32,000 nt of DNA from Myxococcota bacterium (GCA_039028615.1 JBCCHT010000001.1:123890-155889), one strand, 5' to 3'; positions 16,801 through 25,346 are shown, counted from the first letter of the stretch. Made by a program: numbers and translations. Notes: generated by a model not told the origin, from the letters alone.

Positions 16801-17912
16801 ACTCGGCGGACCGGATCCGCCCGCAGCGCTTGCAGCAACGCCGCCATATTGGCGAAGCGTTGGCGCGGATCGGGCTCCAGCCCTCGCAACACGACGCGGT
16901 GGACCCACGCGGGAACCCGCACCTTCTCCGGCGGCGTACGGATCTGGCCCCGCGTCTTGCTGACGAAGAGCGTCTCGATGCTCCGTCCCTCGAAGGCGTG
17001 CACGCCGTACAGCGCTCGATAGAGCGAGGCACAAAACGCGAACTGATCCGCCTCTTGGTCGGCCGGATCGCCGCGGTGCTGCTCGGGAGCCATGTACGCG
17101 GGCGTCCCCAAGATCACGCCCGTACGGGTGAGCTTGTCCAGCGCGACCGACTTGACGGAGGGCTCCGGCTCGCTTCCTTCGTCGACGGGCATCGGCGTTC
17201 CCTCCCCCGTCCGCGACCCGGTGATCGAGCCGCCGTAGGTCAGCGCCAGACCGAAGTCGACGACCTTGACCCGACCGTCGTCACCGAGCAGCACGTTGGC
17301 GGGCTTGAAGTCGCGGTGGATGAGGCCCGCCCGGTGAGCCGCGTCGAGCCCCTCACCCGCCTCGAGAAAGACCTCGACCACCTCCCGCCACGACCGCGGA
17401 CCACGGCCGAGCCACGACGCCAGGTCGCTGCCCTCGACCAGCTCCATGACGATGAACACGCCGGTCTCGTCCGAGTCCTCGGGCGGAGCCATGGGCTCGA
17501 GAGGCCCGGACAGCTCGCTCGCCGAATAGGTCCCCACGTCGTAGACCCCGATGACGTTGGCGTGCGAAAGCCGGGCGATCGACTGGGCCTCGCGCACGAA
17601 ACGAGCGCGTGCCCGCGCCACCGCGTCGACGTCCTTGCTGCCCGAGCGCAGCACCTTGACCGCCACCCGACGCGCCAGCTCCGGGTCGTAGCCGTCGTAG
17701 ACCACCCCGGTGCCACCCGAGCCCAAGGGGCGCAGCAGCAGGTAGCGCGAAATTTTCAGGGGCTCGCGTGCGCGCGCGAACATGTTGCGCTCGATTCGAC
17801 CGAGCGCGCGCTCCTCTTCGACCGCATCCCAGCCCAGCGCCCCGTCGATGGCGTGGCCCAGCGTATCGACTGTCTGGATGGTCCCGTCGGGATCCGGCGT
17901 CGGCGTCTCCAA
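13848..17912 (-). CDS. membrane Ser/Thr protein kinase with PEGA-like domains and ~14 FG-GAP/VCBS repeats
   Basis: Hanks kinase motifs: LGSGGTGVVY, VAVKVL, HRDFKPANVLL, DFGLA, GTPAYMAPE. TM helix AAVGLGVAAIAYAGYVG. Two PEGA-like modules. About 14 DxDGDG-type repeats (GDVNGDGLDDLL, ADLDGDGHHEVIMV, ADVDGDGQLEVFV and others). Confidence 0.95.
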   Translation of the reverse strand: METPTPDPDGTIQTVDTLGHAIDGALGWDAVEEERALGRIERNMFARAREPLKISRYLLLRPLGSGGTGVVYDGYDPELARRVAVKVLRSGSKDVDAVARARARFVREAQSIARLSHANVIGVYDVGTYSASELSGPLEPMAPPEDSDETGVFIVMELVEGSDLASWLGRGPRSWREVVEVFLEAGEGLDAAHRAGLIHRDFKPANVLLGDDGRVKVVDFGLALTYGGSITGSRTGEGTPMPVDEGSEPEPSVKSVALDKLTRTGVILGTPAYMAPEQHRGDPADQEADQFAFCASLYRALYGVHAFEGRSIETLFVSKTRGQIRTPPEKVRVPAWVHRVVLRGLEPDPRQRFANMAALLQALRADPVRRVKRWSSRAAVGLGVAAIAYAGYVGTRPGQVRVVASAQGQPVPGVQVEIDEQPLPGAQGEVAAGLHRVRVSAPDYDTAETVVDVRRGGMHEVAVELDHQQGTFELELEPSGGHVFIDGTDYGSRLRGLKIDTGPHELLLRHEGYVDQRLQWTATAGQTQRGFVALRKALSWSRPATGAFLGSWWLGDVNGDGLDDLLQRRFTVLTAYDPWSDEENWRIELGPSPYFRLCDLEGDGVPDVVTAKPREEVLEFRAFDSTTSSRRPKPRWTVDVPVDAEVERPFAFELACVDAEGGQDLVVGGLAPRQLARFDGQTGARHWSQVLPEDPVVLVVTSDPESSPAVAVVSVDHVTSFDTDDGSTRWTRPLAVAARTPDGGVDPEWIVQTQRNRDSRISRLAALELDDQPGQDLLLRTDGEGASLVALSGRSGEVQWQAKIGSDVALKRDRDLGDVDGDGTVDVLVSGLEGEPGLNLISGRSGKALWKEPARVGTHAQLLGSLARPAVAHRREETLMLLDAATGRESARVTLPSRVVSALEVTDWDGDARDDLMVGTEDGLVRVFDPSLKSMGTVPIGVPARSIEASRDANHDGFEDLLLRARGPAVMVGPKVRWERRPLDSIRATPLTGDFDEDGRLEVAVVGPLGDRTRIELLDARTGSVEAESLADDTPNVIRPPVMLSGSDGPQLYVVGRGLSRFHGRDASLTGEYRTTSAYASPTIADLDGDGHHEVIMVTWEDPGMVHVLDAESLELRWTHELGRFGSFGAAHVRDLDGDGANEIVVALLDGHVVALTHDGVRRWETQTGGRLNFEPTSADLDGDGHLEILVSPHQDDHPLVVLSGVDGHEVARWPGMASRRARPLAADVDGDGVPEVFASTGHNGLVGLSGDGRLRWQYRFADGDGLQPGASGSPVLADLEGDGGLEFLAGFDDGSVHVVDARTGALVWRFSTGREEVEASPAVADVDGDGQLEVFVAGHDRSLLCLDHRPGPG

Positions 17913-17965
17913 CCGCGATTGACCCTCCCCCCGGGTATATCACGCGAATCGCGACGACCCGGCGT

Positions 17966-19087
17966 ATGCTGCAGCAGATGGTCCCAGAGCTGGACGCGGT
18001 CGTGGTGGGGGCCGGAGTGATCGGCCTGGCGATCGCGCGCGCCCTGGCCTGCGCGGGTCGGGAGGTGGTCGTCATCGAGCGCGAGCGGGCGATCGCCCAG
18101 CATGCCTCGTCTCGCAACAGCGAGGTGCTCCACGCCGGGATCTACTACCCGCCGTCGAGTCTCAAAGCGCGGCTTTGCGTGCAGGGACGGCGTGCCCTCG
18201 TGCAGTACTGCCGCGAGCGCGACGTGGACTTCCGCCTGCTCGGCAAGCTCATCGTCGCGGCCCGACCCGACCAGCGAGCCACGCTCGAGCAGCTCCACCA
18301 ACGAGCCCAGAACAACGGCGTCCACGACCTGCGCATGCTCAGCGGGCCCGAAGTCGTCGCCATGGAACCGGCGCTGCGCGTCGATGCCGGGTTGTGGTCG
18401 CCGGGGACGGGGATCATCGACAGCCATCGATTGATGCAAGCGCTGTGGGCCGACGCCGAGGAGCGCGGGGCCTCGCTGGCGCTCGATACCGAGGTGGTCT
18501 CCGTACGACCTCGCGACGGGCACCTCGAGCTCCGAGCCGGCGACCTCGACACGACCTGTGCGACGCTGGTCAATGCGGCGGGCTTGGGGGCCCGGGCTCT
18601 AGCCTCCCGCATCGAAGGATTGGCCGCCGACCACGTGCCCCCGTTGCATCTGCTCAAGGGCAACTACTTCAGCCTCGACCGACCCGCTCCCTTTTCGCAC
18701 CTCGTCTACCCCGTGCCCGATGCCGCGACGCTCGGGGTCCACGTGACGCTCGACCTCGGGGGCGGGGTGCGCTTCGGGCCCGACCAGCAGTGGATCGATC
18801 GCATCGACTACGAAGTCGACCCCGCGCGCGCCGAGGGTTTCGCGACCGCCATCGCGGCCTACTACCCCGAGATTCGGGTCGAGGATCTGGCGCCCGCCTA
18901 CGCGGGGATTCGGGCCAAGATCCAGGGACCCGGCGAACCTCCGACCGACTTCGTGATCCAAGGACCGCAAGTCCACGGGATCGATGGGGTCTGCAATCTG
19001 TTCGGCATCGAGAGCCCGGGACTCACCGCCTCGCTCGCCATCGCGGACGAAGTCCTCGCCCACCTCGGGATTCCCGCCGCTGCCTGA
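17966..19087 (+). CDS. FAD-dependent oxidoreductase (DAO / L-2-hydroxyglutarate oxidase-like family)
   Basis: ATG 17966. Dinucleotide fold DAVVVGAGVIGLAIARALACAGREVVVIE, SRNSEVLHAGIYY, and the C-terminal motif NLFGIESPGLTASLAIA. Confidence 0.9.
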   Translation: MLQQMVPELDAVVVGAGVIGLAIARALACAGREVVVIERERAIAQHASSRNSEVLHAGIYYPPSSLKARLCVQGRRALVQYCRERDVDFRLLGKLIVAARPDQRATLEQLHQRAQNNGVHDLRMLSGPEVVAMEPALRVDAGLWSPGTGIIDSHRLMQALWADAEERGASLALDTEVVSVRPRDGHLELRAGDLDTTCATLVNAAGLGARALASRIEGLAADHVPPLHLLKGNYFSLDRPAPFSHLVYPVPDAATLGVHVTLDLGGGVRFGPDQQWIDRIDYEVDPARAEGFATAIAAYYPEIRVEDLAPAYAGIRAKIQGPGEPPTDFVIQGPQVHGIDGVCNLFGIESPGLTASLAIADEVLAHLGIPAAA

Positions 19088-19490
19088 GCCTCGACCGAAG
19101 ACACAATGAGAGGCCAAGAACACCGTTACTGACGTGAAATATTTGACACGTCGTACTAAAACGAAACGGCGTATCAGAGCGACGAACCTCGTCTTCCCGA
19201 ACTCGAATCGTCACCACCGCCCAGCGTCTGGCGTGGACATCCGGTGTCGCGCCCAAGACGTGGTCTGGCTCTGTGAAACCCCATCGTCAGACCAACCCGA
19301 TGAGCGTCGTGCACCTCCGCCTTCCGCCGCCGCGCCGGCCCGCCCCCGAGCGCGGGCACCTCGATCCCGAGACCGCCATGGCCGCGCTGTGCCGCGGTTC
19401 CGCCATGAACACCAACACCTCCGAGCATTGGGACTCCTGGAAGGCCATCGCCATCGCCCCCCGCACGTGGGCCCTGGTAGAACGGTTTCG

Positions 19491-19970
19491 ATGCCGCTCT
19501 ACGCCGTCGCGATCGCGCTGACCATCGTCGCCAACATCGGCTACCACCTGTGCCAAAAGGGTATCCGCCCCGAGGCCAGCCCCATCGCCACCGTGATGGC
19601 CACGTATATGGTCGCGCTCGCTCTGTCGGCCCTGATGTGGCCATGGCTCGGGCACTCCGATGGCCTCGTCGCCTCGTTCCGTCGCCTGGGCCCGGCCAGC
19701 TATGCGCTGGGTGGCTGCGTGGTCCTGCTCGAGATCGGCTTCCTCCTCGCCTACCGCAGCGGCTGGGACCTCGGCGTCGCGGCGCTGTACTCCAACGCCG
19801 CGACCGCGATCGTGCTGCTTCCGATCGGCTTGCTCGCCTTCTCCGAGGGCATCGACGGCCGCAAGGCGCTGGGCTTGGTGTTCGCGTTCGTGGGCCTGGT
19901 GTTGCTCAGCGGGGGCGGCGGGGAAAAGCCGAAGGATAGCGACGCACCCGCGGCCGAATCTTCGAGCTAG
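19491..19970 (+). CDS. small EamA/DMT-like membrane transporter (single-domain, ~5 TM)
   Basis: ATG 19491 starts directly in a TM helix (MPLYAVAIALTIVANIGYHL). There are four more hydrophobic helices and a hydrophilic tail. The in-frame upstream extension to 19134 is basic junk. Confidence 0.75.
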   Translation: MPLYAVAIALTIVANIGYHLCQKGIRPEASPIATVMATYMVALALSALMWPWLGHSDGLVASFRRLGPASYALGGCVVLLEIGFLLAYRSGWDLGVAALYSNAATAIVLLPIGLLAFSEGIDGRKALGLVFAFVGLVLLSGGGGEKPKDSDAPAAESSS

Positions 19971-22831
19971 CCCCGCGCCTGACGGTGCGCCGCGACGGTA
20001 TTCATGCGGCGGACCTCGCCCGCGTCCCAGGCCGAGATCGCGGCGCGGCCGAACGTCGACTCGCTCCCACGCAAGTACTCGAGCGCGGGCTCGGCCCGGA
20101 CCCGGGCGTCGTCGTGGCGACCGACGGCCCGTAGCGCATGCGCGTGCGTGAGTTCGAGAACCCGGCGCACGAGCTCGCCGTGGCGCTGGGAGTCGGCGAA
20201 TGTCGATGCGTCCGCCAGCACCTCCAGCGCCTGCTCGGGCTCCCCCTTCGCCAGCCAGACCCGGGCCTCGAAGTCCAAAAAGAGCATGACCATGAAGTGC
20301 TCGGGCGCGTAGCTGCGCTGGATCTCGGTGGCCGCCGACGCGCGGTCGAGGGCGTCGTCCAACCGCCCCTCGATCAGCGCGAGCTCTCCCTCGAACCGGG
20401 TGACCGCGGCCAGATCGGGCGTTCCGTCGGGGTGAAGCGCTTGCATGATCCGACGCGCATCGGCCAGGTTGTCGCGCGCTCCGTCGAGGTTGCCCGTGTA
20501 CAGATCGAGCTGGGCGAGCAGCGCCTTGGCATTGCCCACGGGCACGCTCACCATTCCCCGAGAGTCCCGCCACGCTGCGATTGCACGCCGCACCAAGCCC
20601 TGCGCGGTCTCGAAGTCACCGTCCCCTTTTTCGAGGGTGGCGAGGTTGTAGTAGCGCGGCGCCAGCTCGGGGTGCGACTCGCCGAGGATCTCGGCCGACA
20701 GCGCGATGCTCTGGCGCAGCAGCGGCTTGGCGCGCCCTCGCTCGCCGTCGTTGATGTAGGTGACGGCCAAGTCGTTGAGGATGACCGCGAGGCGCACGCG
20801 GGACCGAGTGTCGTCGCCCGAGAGCCGCTCGCGGGCCTGCTCGAGAGCAGCGAGCGCTTCGTCGTAGCGACCTTGTCGGTGGAAGATGCCCGCCCGAGTC
20901 TGGAGAACCGAGACCTCGAGCTCGATATCGTCGGGAGCCCGGCCCAGGGCTCCGGTTGCGACCCGAGCCCATACTTCACCCGCTTCGTAGCGATCGAGAT
21001 GGTACCCGAAGACATCGGCGAGCGCGTTGGCGACCGTCCCGGCGAGCGCCACGTCATCGACCAACGTGGCCCGTTCGTAGGCATCGTGCAGGTGCCGTTG
21101 GGCGTCCTCGAAGCGGCCAAGTCGAACCTCGGCCCGCGCCAGCTCGTAGGCAACCTCGGCCACGAACGCATCGGGAGCCCCCGACGCGTCGACGAGCAGC
21201 TGCTCCAGCCGAACGCGCGCCCGCTCGTAGTTCCCGATCTCGATCGCGGTCGTGGCCCGCGCCAGCGCCTCCGTCAACGCTTCGTTCGCCGCTGGCGGGA
21301 CCTCGAGTTCGGTGCCCGTACCGTAGTGCATGCACTCGACCAACGGAGGCAACGAAACGGCCGCCTTGGTTGCCGACTCCACCGTGGCCCGGTCGGCGTT
21401 CTCCAGCGTATCCACCAACGACTCGAGGCTGGCGAGCCCTCGCTGCAAGCAGGCGACGCGTCGGTGTTCCTCGCGGTCGTCGATCTCTTCGCGAACCCGG
21501 CACAACAACGAGGCCCCCTGCTCCCAGCGCGTAGCGTAGTCGCTGAGCACCGCCCCCGTTCGCGAAGCGGCCGAATGCGCGAAGCCCAGTCCGCTGTCGT
21601 CGAAGGCGCGGGTCATCGTTTCGAGGCGACCCGAGTTCCACACCGACTGGACTTGCTGGGCTCGGATCTCGCAGGGTTCCTCCGTCTGGGACCCGGCCAT
21701 CAGCGCCACCGCCAGTCCCATCGCTCCGAAGCCGCTGGGGATCCAGCGCTGCCATCGTCGGCTCGACTTGGGCTCGAACGCGGCCACCACCTCTGCCATC
21801 GACTCCGGCCGCGCGTGAGGATCGGGGGCAACGCCGCGCGCGAGCACGCGACGCAGCCGGCTGGGGGCCGAGCGCAGCAGCCCGGCGATTTCGGCCTCGA
21901 AGCGAGCGGAGCCTCGCCGGTCGTTGTCGCGAGTGAAGACGCGCTCGCCCGAGATGATCTCGATGGCAGTCACACAAAACGCATGGATGTCGCTGCGAAC
22001 CGACGCGGGACTCCCCTCGAGCTGCTCGGGCGCCATATACGAGGGCGTGCCCGCGACCGTGGGCGCCTGGGAGTTCGAGCAATCGTCCATCGGTGCCGCC
22101 AGCCCGAAGTCGGCCAAGCGAGCCTGGTTTCCACGGTCGACGAGGATGTTGCCCGGCTTGATGTCGCCGTGGATGATCCCGACCTCGTGGGCGGCTTCGA
22201 GCCCCAACGCCGCCCCATGCAACAGCTGCAGCTTGGTCGGCAGCGGCGCGGCGCGATGGCGGGCCATCCAGTCGTGCAGGTTGGCGCCGTCCACCTGCTC
22301 CATGACGATGAAGACCTCGTCGTCGTGCTCGCCGATCTCGAACACCCGGACGATGTTGGGGTGGGAGATCCGAGCCAAGGTGCGCGCCTCGGACTGCAGC
22401 GCCGCCGCCCCGCCCCGGATGAGCGTGCTCCGACAACCCACCGCAGAGCCGATGGAGAGCACTTTGAGCGCCACCGTCCGCCCGAGCTTGGGGTCCTTGG
22501 CCTCGTAGACCGCTCCCACCCCGCCCTGCCCGAGCTTCCGCTCGAGCACGAAGCGCCCCACCGTCGTACGCTCGCCGTCGCCGAGACCGAGTCGGGCGCT
22601 GATCCGTTGGGACAGCAGGCGATCGGCGCGGTCCTGCTGGGGCGGGCGACCGACGACCAGCAGCTGGGACAAGGGCAGGCCGAAGAGCGCGCTTTCCTGC
22701 GCTCGTTCGCTGCCCTGGAAGGTATCGAGCTGGATCGGCGCGGACAGTTCCCGCGTGGACGCCTCGTCGTCGCCATCGCGCAGCGACAAGGGGGCGAAGG
22801 GCGTCGCCGCCCTCGGCGTACAACTCGACAC
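19967..22831 (-). CDS. membrane Ser/Thr protein kinase (non-RD, HGD) with a TPR-repeat sensor region
   Basis: GTG 22831. Kinase motifs: LGQGGVGAVY, VALKVL, IIHGDIKPGNILV (Gly replaces the usual Arg of HRD), DFGLA, GTPSYMAPE. TM helix GFGAMGLAVALMAG. The rest is ~550 aa of TPR-like helical repeats. Confidence 0.9.
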   Translation of the reverse strand: MSSCTPRAATPFAPLSLRDGDDEASTRELSAPIQLDTFQGSERAQESALFGLPLSQLLVVGRPPQQDRADRLLSQRISARLGLGDGERTTVGRFVLERKLGQGGVGAVYEAKDPKLGRTVALKVLSIGSAVGCRSTLIRGGAAALQSEARTLARISHPNIVRVFEIGEHDDEVFIVMEQVDGANLHDWMARHRAAPLPTKLQLLHGAALGLEAAHEVGIIHGDIKPGNILVDRGNQARLADFGLAAPMDDCSNSQAPTVAGTPSYMAPEQLEGSPASVRSDIHAFCVTAIEIISGERVFTRDNDRRGSARFEAEIAGLLRSAPSRLRRVLARGVAPDPHARPESMAEVVAAFEPKSSRRWQRWIPSGFGAMGLAVALMAGSQTEEPCEIRAQQVQSVWNSGRLETMTRAFDDSGLGFAHSAASRTGAVLSDYATRWEQGASLLCRVREEIDDREEHRRVACLQRGLASLESLVDTLENADRATVESATKAAVSLPPLVECMHYGTGTELEVPPAANEALTEALARATTAIEIGNYERARVRLEQLLVDASGAPDAFVAEVAYELARAEVRLGRFEDAQRHLHDAYERATLVDDVALAGTVANALADVFGYHLDRYEAGEVWARVATGALGRAPDDIELEVSVLQTRAGIFHRQGRYDEALAALEQARERLSGDDTRSRVRLAVILNDLAVTYINDGERGRAKPLLRQSIALSAEILGESHPELAPRYYNLATLEKGDGDFETAQGLVRRAIAAWRDSRGMVSVPVGNAKALLAQLDLYTGNLDGARDNLADARRIMQALHPDGTPDLAAVTRFEGELALIEGRLDDALDRASAATEIQRSYAPEHFMVMLFLDFEARVWLAKGEPEQALEVLADASTFADSQRHGELVRRVLELTHAHALRAVGRHDDARVRAEPALEYLRGSESTFGRAAISAWDAGEVRRMNTVAAHRQARG

Positions 22832-23076
22832 GTCGGGCGTACGCCGGCGACGCCGAGTCGATTACAAAGAAAATCGTGTCGGGCGACCGAGTGCCGCATT
22901 GACCAACGCCCGGCACCGATGACTGCGTGCGGCACCCGCCCGCCGTCGTGAGCACGCCGCGACCCGGCCCACGGCAGCGCGGCGTCGCCCCGGCGGTGCC
23001 CTAGCCCGGCGCTGAGCGCCAAACAGGGTCTAACGCTTGAATTTGCCACGCAGAGGCATTGAACTCGGCCACCGTG

Positions 23077-24018
23077 ATGTCTCGCTCCACGCCGCAACGA
23101 CTCGGCCTCTCGCTCTTCGCTCTCGCCCTCGGTGTGCTCACACCGGCCGCGTGCAACAAGCCGCAGCCCACGACGACGCCGGAGGTGGAACCGAGCACGT
23201 CCGGTTCGACCGAGTCGAAGAAGCCCGCGCCGACCGATGCCGGTCATGGCGGGCGGCTGTACGACAAGTGGTACGCCGAGATCGGGGGTGAACCCGGCTT
23301 CGCACCCGGCGAGCGCGGAGGTCCCCACGGCGACGGCACGCTCGACGATGGCAACGGCCAGCCCATGGCGCACGACGGCCACTCGTACCGACTGAAGAAC
23401 CTCTTCGGCTGGGACCTGCGCGGAGCCGAGGGGATCTACGGGCCCGAGTACCAGAACAAGAGCTACGTCTTGCCGGTCAACCTCATGACCGACGAGCGCA
23501 CGCCCGACGAGCTGATGGCGTGGATTCGGGACGGCGGCGACGGAATGCCCGCCTACGGGGCCGTGCTCGACGAGACGCAGCTGCGCGAGCTGGTGACCTT
23601 CATCGACGACATGCGAAGTGGTCGCGTTCCTCGAGCCGACCAGGTCTGGGCCCTGTCGAAGGATGCGCCGAAGAACTACACCCTGCTCGAGGGGGGTGAT
23701 GCCGCGCGGGGTACCGAGCTGGTGAAGAGCTCGTGCGCGTCCTGTCATGGCCCGGATGGACGCTGGATCCCCATCGACGACAAGTACAGCCTGGGGGCCT
23801 ACTCCCGCGCCAAGGCCTACGAGTCGTGGATCAAGATCGTCAGCGGTCAGCCCAACACCCCCATGCACCGCGAGATCGAGTTCACCGACGGTGCGGACGG
23901 GGCTCAGCAGGTGCTCGACATCCTGGCGGCGCTGTGCGACCGAGGCACCTTCCCCGGCCTCGACGGTCAGGAGGACGTGCCCAACGGCGATCCTCGCTGT
24001 GGCGCCTACCTGAAGTAA
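23077..24018 (+). CDS. c-type cytochrome, probable lipoprotein
   Basis: Signal sequence LGLSLFALALGVLTPAAC. A single heme-binding CXXCH (SSCASCHGPDG) sits in the C-terminal half. Start could be TTG 23059, GTG 23074 or ATG 23077. Confidence 0.8.
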   Translation: MSRSTPQRLGLSLFALALGVLTPAACNKPQPTTTPEVEPSTSGSTESKKPAPTDAGHGGRLYDKWYAEIGGEPGFAPGERGGPHGDGTLDDGNGQPMAHDGHSYRLKNLFGWDLRGAEGIYGPEYQNKSYVLPVNLMTDERTPDELMAWIRDGGDGMPAYGAVLDETQLRELVTFIDDMRSGRVPRADQVWALSKDAPKNYTLLEGGDAARGTELVKSSCASCHGPDGRWIPIDDKYSLGAYSRAKAYESWIKIVSGQPNTPMHREIEFTDGADGAQQVLDILAALCDRGTFPGLDGQEDVPNGDPRCGAYLK

Positions 24019-24039
24019 GGCCGGCGCGCAGCGGCCCCA

Positions 24040-24645
24040 CTACCCGCGGGTGAGTTCGGCGTGAAGCTCGAGCACCTCGCCCGCGCGCATGGGCGGCCAG
24101 CGACGACCGCCCAGCACGATGTCCCACGCCAGCCGCATCTGCGTGGCGCAGCGCTCGGGGCTCATGCGACCGATGGCCGTGGCGAGCCCGGGACACAGCA
24201 CTCGCTCGATCTTCGATTGGCTCCGAGCGTTGTGCTCGACCACCGCGATCAGTGCCGCCCGAAACGCGAGGTAGGCATTGACGGTGTGGGGCACGGGCAT
24301 CGGCACCCGCATGGTGGGCGCGCTGACCAGCCACGGCATTCGCGAGTCCACCGTCTCCACGATCACCGCCTGACCGATCGCCAGCTCGCCGTAGTGATGC
24401 TCTCGTAGGTGCGTCTGCAGCCGATGCTGGAGCCCTGCACCGAAGCGATCGAGGTAGACGGCATCGATGCCGCCATCCATGTAGCCGAAGCTGTTCGCCG
24501 GGCTGACGATCGCGTCCGCCTCGACGTCGAAGATGTCGCCCCGACCGATCTCGACCTCGTCCAGCGAGCCGAAGTGGCGGGTCCACGCGTCCACGATTGC
24601 CTGGTTGCGATCGCGAAGCACGACGGTGATGCGAGAGTCGGCCAT
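24040..24645 (-). CDS. macro-domain protein (ADP-ribose binding / hydrolase fold)
   Basis: ATG 24645. Diagnostic macro-domain stretch DAIVSPANSFGYMDGGIDAVY plus the later VLCPGLATAIG. It lies 47 nt downstream of the ECF sigma gene on the same strand. Confidence 0.85.
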   Translation of the reverse strand: MADSRITVVLRDRNQAIVDAWTRHFGSLDEVEIGRGDIFDVEADAIVSPANSFGYMDGGIDAVYLDRFGAGLQHRLQTHLREHHYGELAIGQAVIVETVDSRMPWLVSAPTMRVPMPVPHTVNAYLAFRAALIAVVEHNARSQSKIERVLCPGLATAIGRMSPERCATQMRLAWDIVLGGRRWPPMRAGEVLELHAELTRG

Positions 24646-24692
24646 CCCGCGCCTTTATCACGCGACCCGCAATGGCGACAAACGGCAGTGGT

Positions 24693-25346
24693 TCAGCGCC
24701 CCGGCTCCGCCTCGACCGCACCGATGTGCTCGCGAAGGGCCCGGGCCCAGCCTTCGAGGTTCGACAGCGTGGACTCGAGGACCCGGTGGTCGGCCGCGAT
24801 GGAGCCCAGCGCCTTGGCCAGCGCCTTGCGCCCGCGAAGCAGCCAGGTCTTGGCCGTCCCGAGCGGAATGTCGAGGACCTGCGCGATGTCGGACCCGCGC
24901 ATGCCTTCCCAGTAGTGCAGCTCGAGCACGACCTGCTGATTGAGCGGCAGCCGACGCAGCCCTTCGAGGATGAGCCGCTGCTCCCGGCGACGCGCCACCA
25001 CGCGGCTGGGCGATGGATCGAGGTCGAGCGCGGTGACCTCGTCGAAGTCGACCTGAGGCGGCGTGCGACGGAGGCTGCGGTAGTGACGACACAGGAGCCG
25101 ATAGGCGACGCCAAAGAGGTAGCGACGAAAATCCTCGGGCCGCTGCAGACGCTCGATGCCCTCGAGGCAGGCGAGGAAGGTCTTCTGGACGAGATCGTCG
25201 GCGGCTTCGCCCGCCTTGTTGCAGAAAAAACGCGCAACCGGCTCGTAGTAGCGCTCGAACAGCTGGTCGGCTGCCGCCCGGTCGCCAGCCTTCCAGGCCA
25301 GCGCCAAAGCGTGGTCTGCGGTCTCACCCATCAGCCCCTTCAGCAT
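24693..25346 (-). CDS. ECF-family sigma factor, kinase-linked type with a C-terminal tail (sigma B, paralogue of 13155-13811)
   Basis: Region 2 ADDLVQKTFLACLEGIERLQRPEDFRRYLFGVAYR. Region 4 VLELHYWEGMRGSDIAQVLDIPLGTAKTWLLRGRKAL. A ~37 aa tail follows. It is divergent from the WD40 kinase gene with a 62 nt spacer. Confidence 0.9.
   Translation of the reverse strand: MLKGLMGETADHALALAWKAGDRAAADQLFERYYEPVARFFCNKAGEAADDLVQKTFLACLEGIERLQRPEDFRRYLFGVAYRLLCRHYRSLRRTPPQVDFDEVTALDLDPSPSRVVARRREQRLILEGLRRLPLNQQVVLELHYWEGMRGSDIAQVLDIPLGTAKTWLLRGRKALAKALGSIAADHRVLESTLSNLEGWARALREHIGAVEAEPGR

Noticed and set aside
19134-19490. In-frame 119 aa extension upstream of the EamA-like transporter, and ORF 19273-19521
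   Set aside because: The sequence is basic, Pro/Arg-rich and not membrane-like. The transporter begins naturally with a TM helix at ATG 19491. The region is treated as non-coding leader instead.
22831-22852. Imperfect palindrome containing GGCGTACGCC just upstream of the TPR kinase start
   Set aside because: Many 10-bp GC-rich palindromes are expected by chance in 32 kb of 70% GC DNA, and nothing else supports an operator here.
20138-22951. 937 aa plus-strand ORF, plus minus-strand ORFs 21054-22955 and 21970-23868
   Set aside because: They are antisense or out-of-frame shadows of the TPR kinase gene. The last also runs through the cytochrome c gene. All have Arg/Gly/Pro-rich, motif-free translations.
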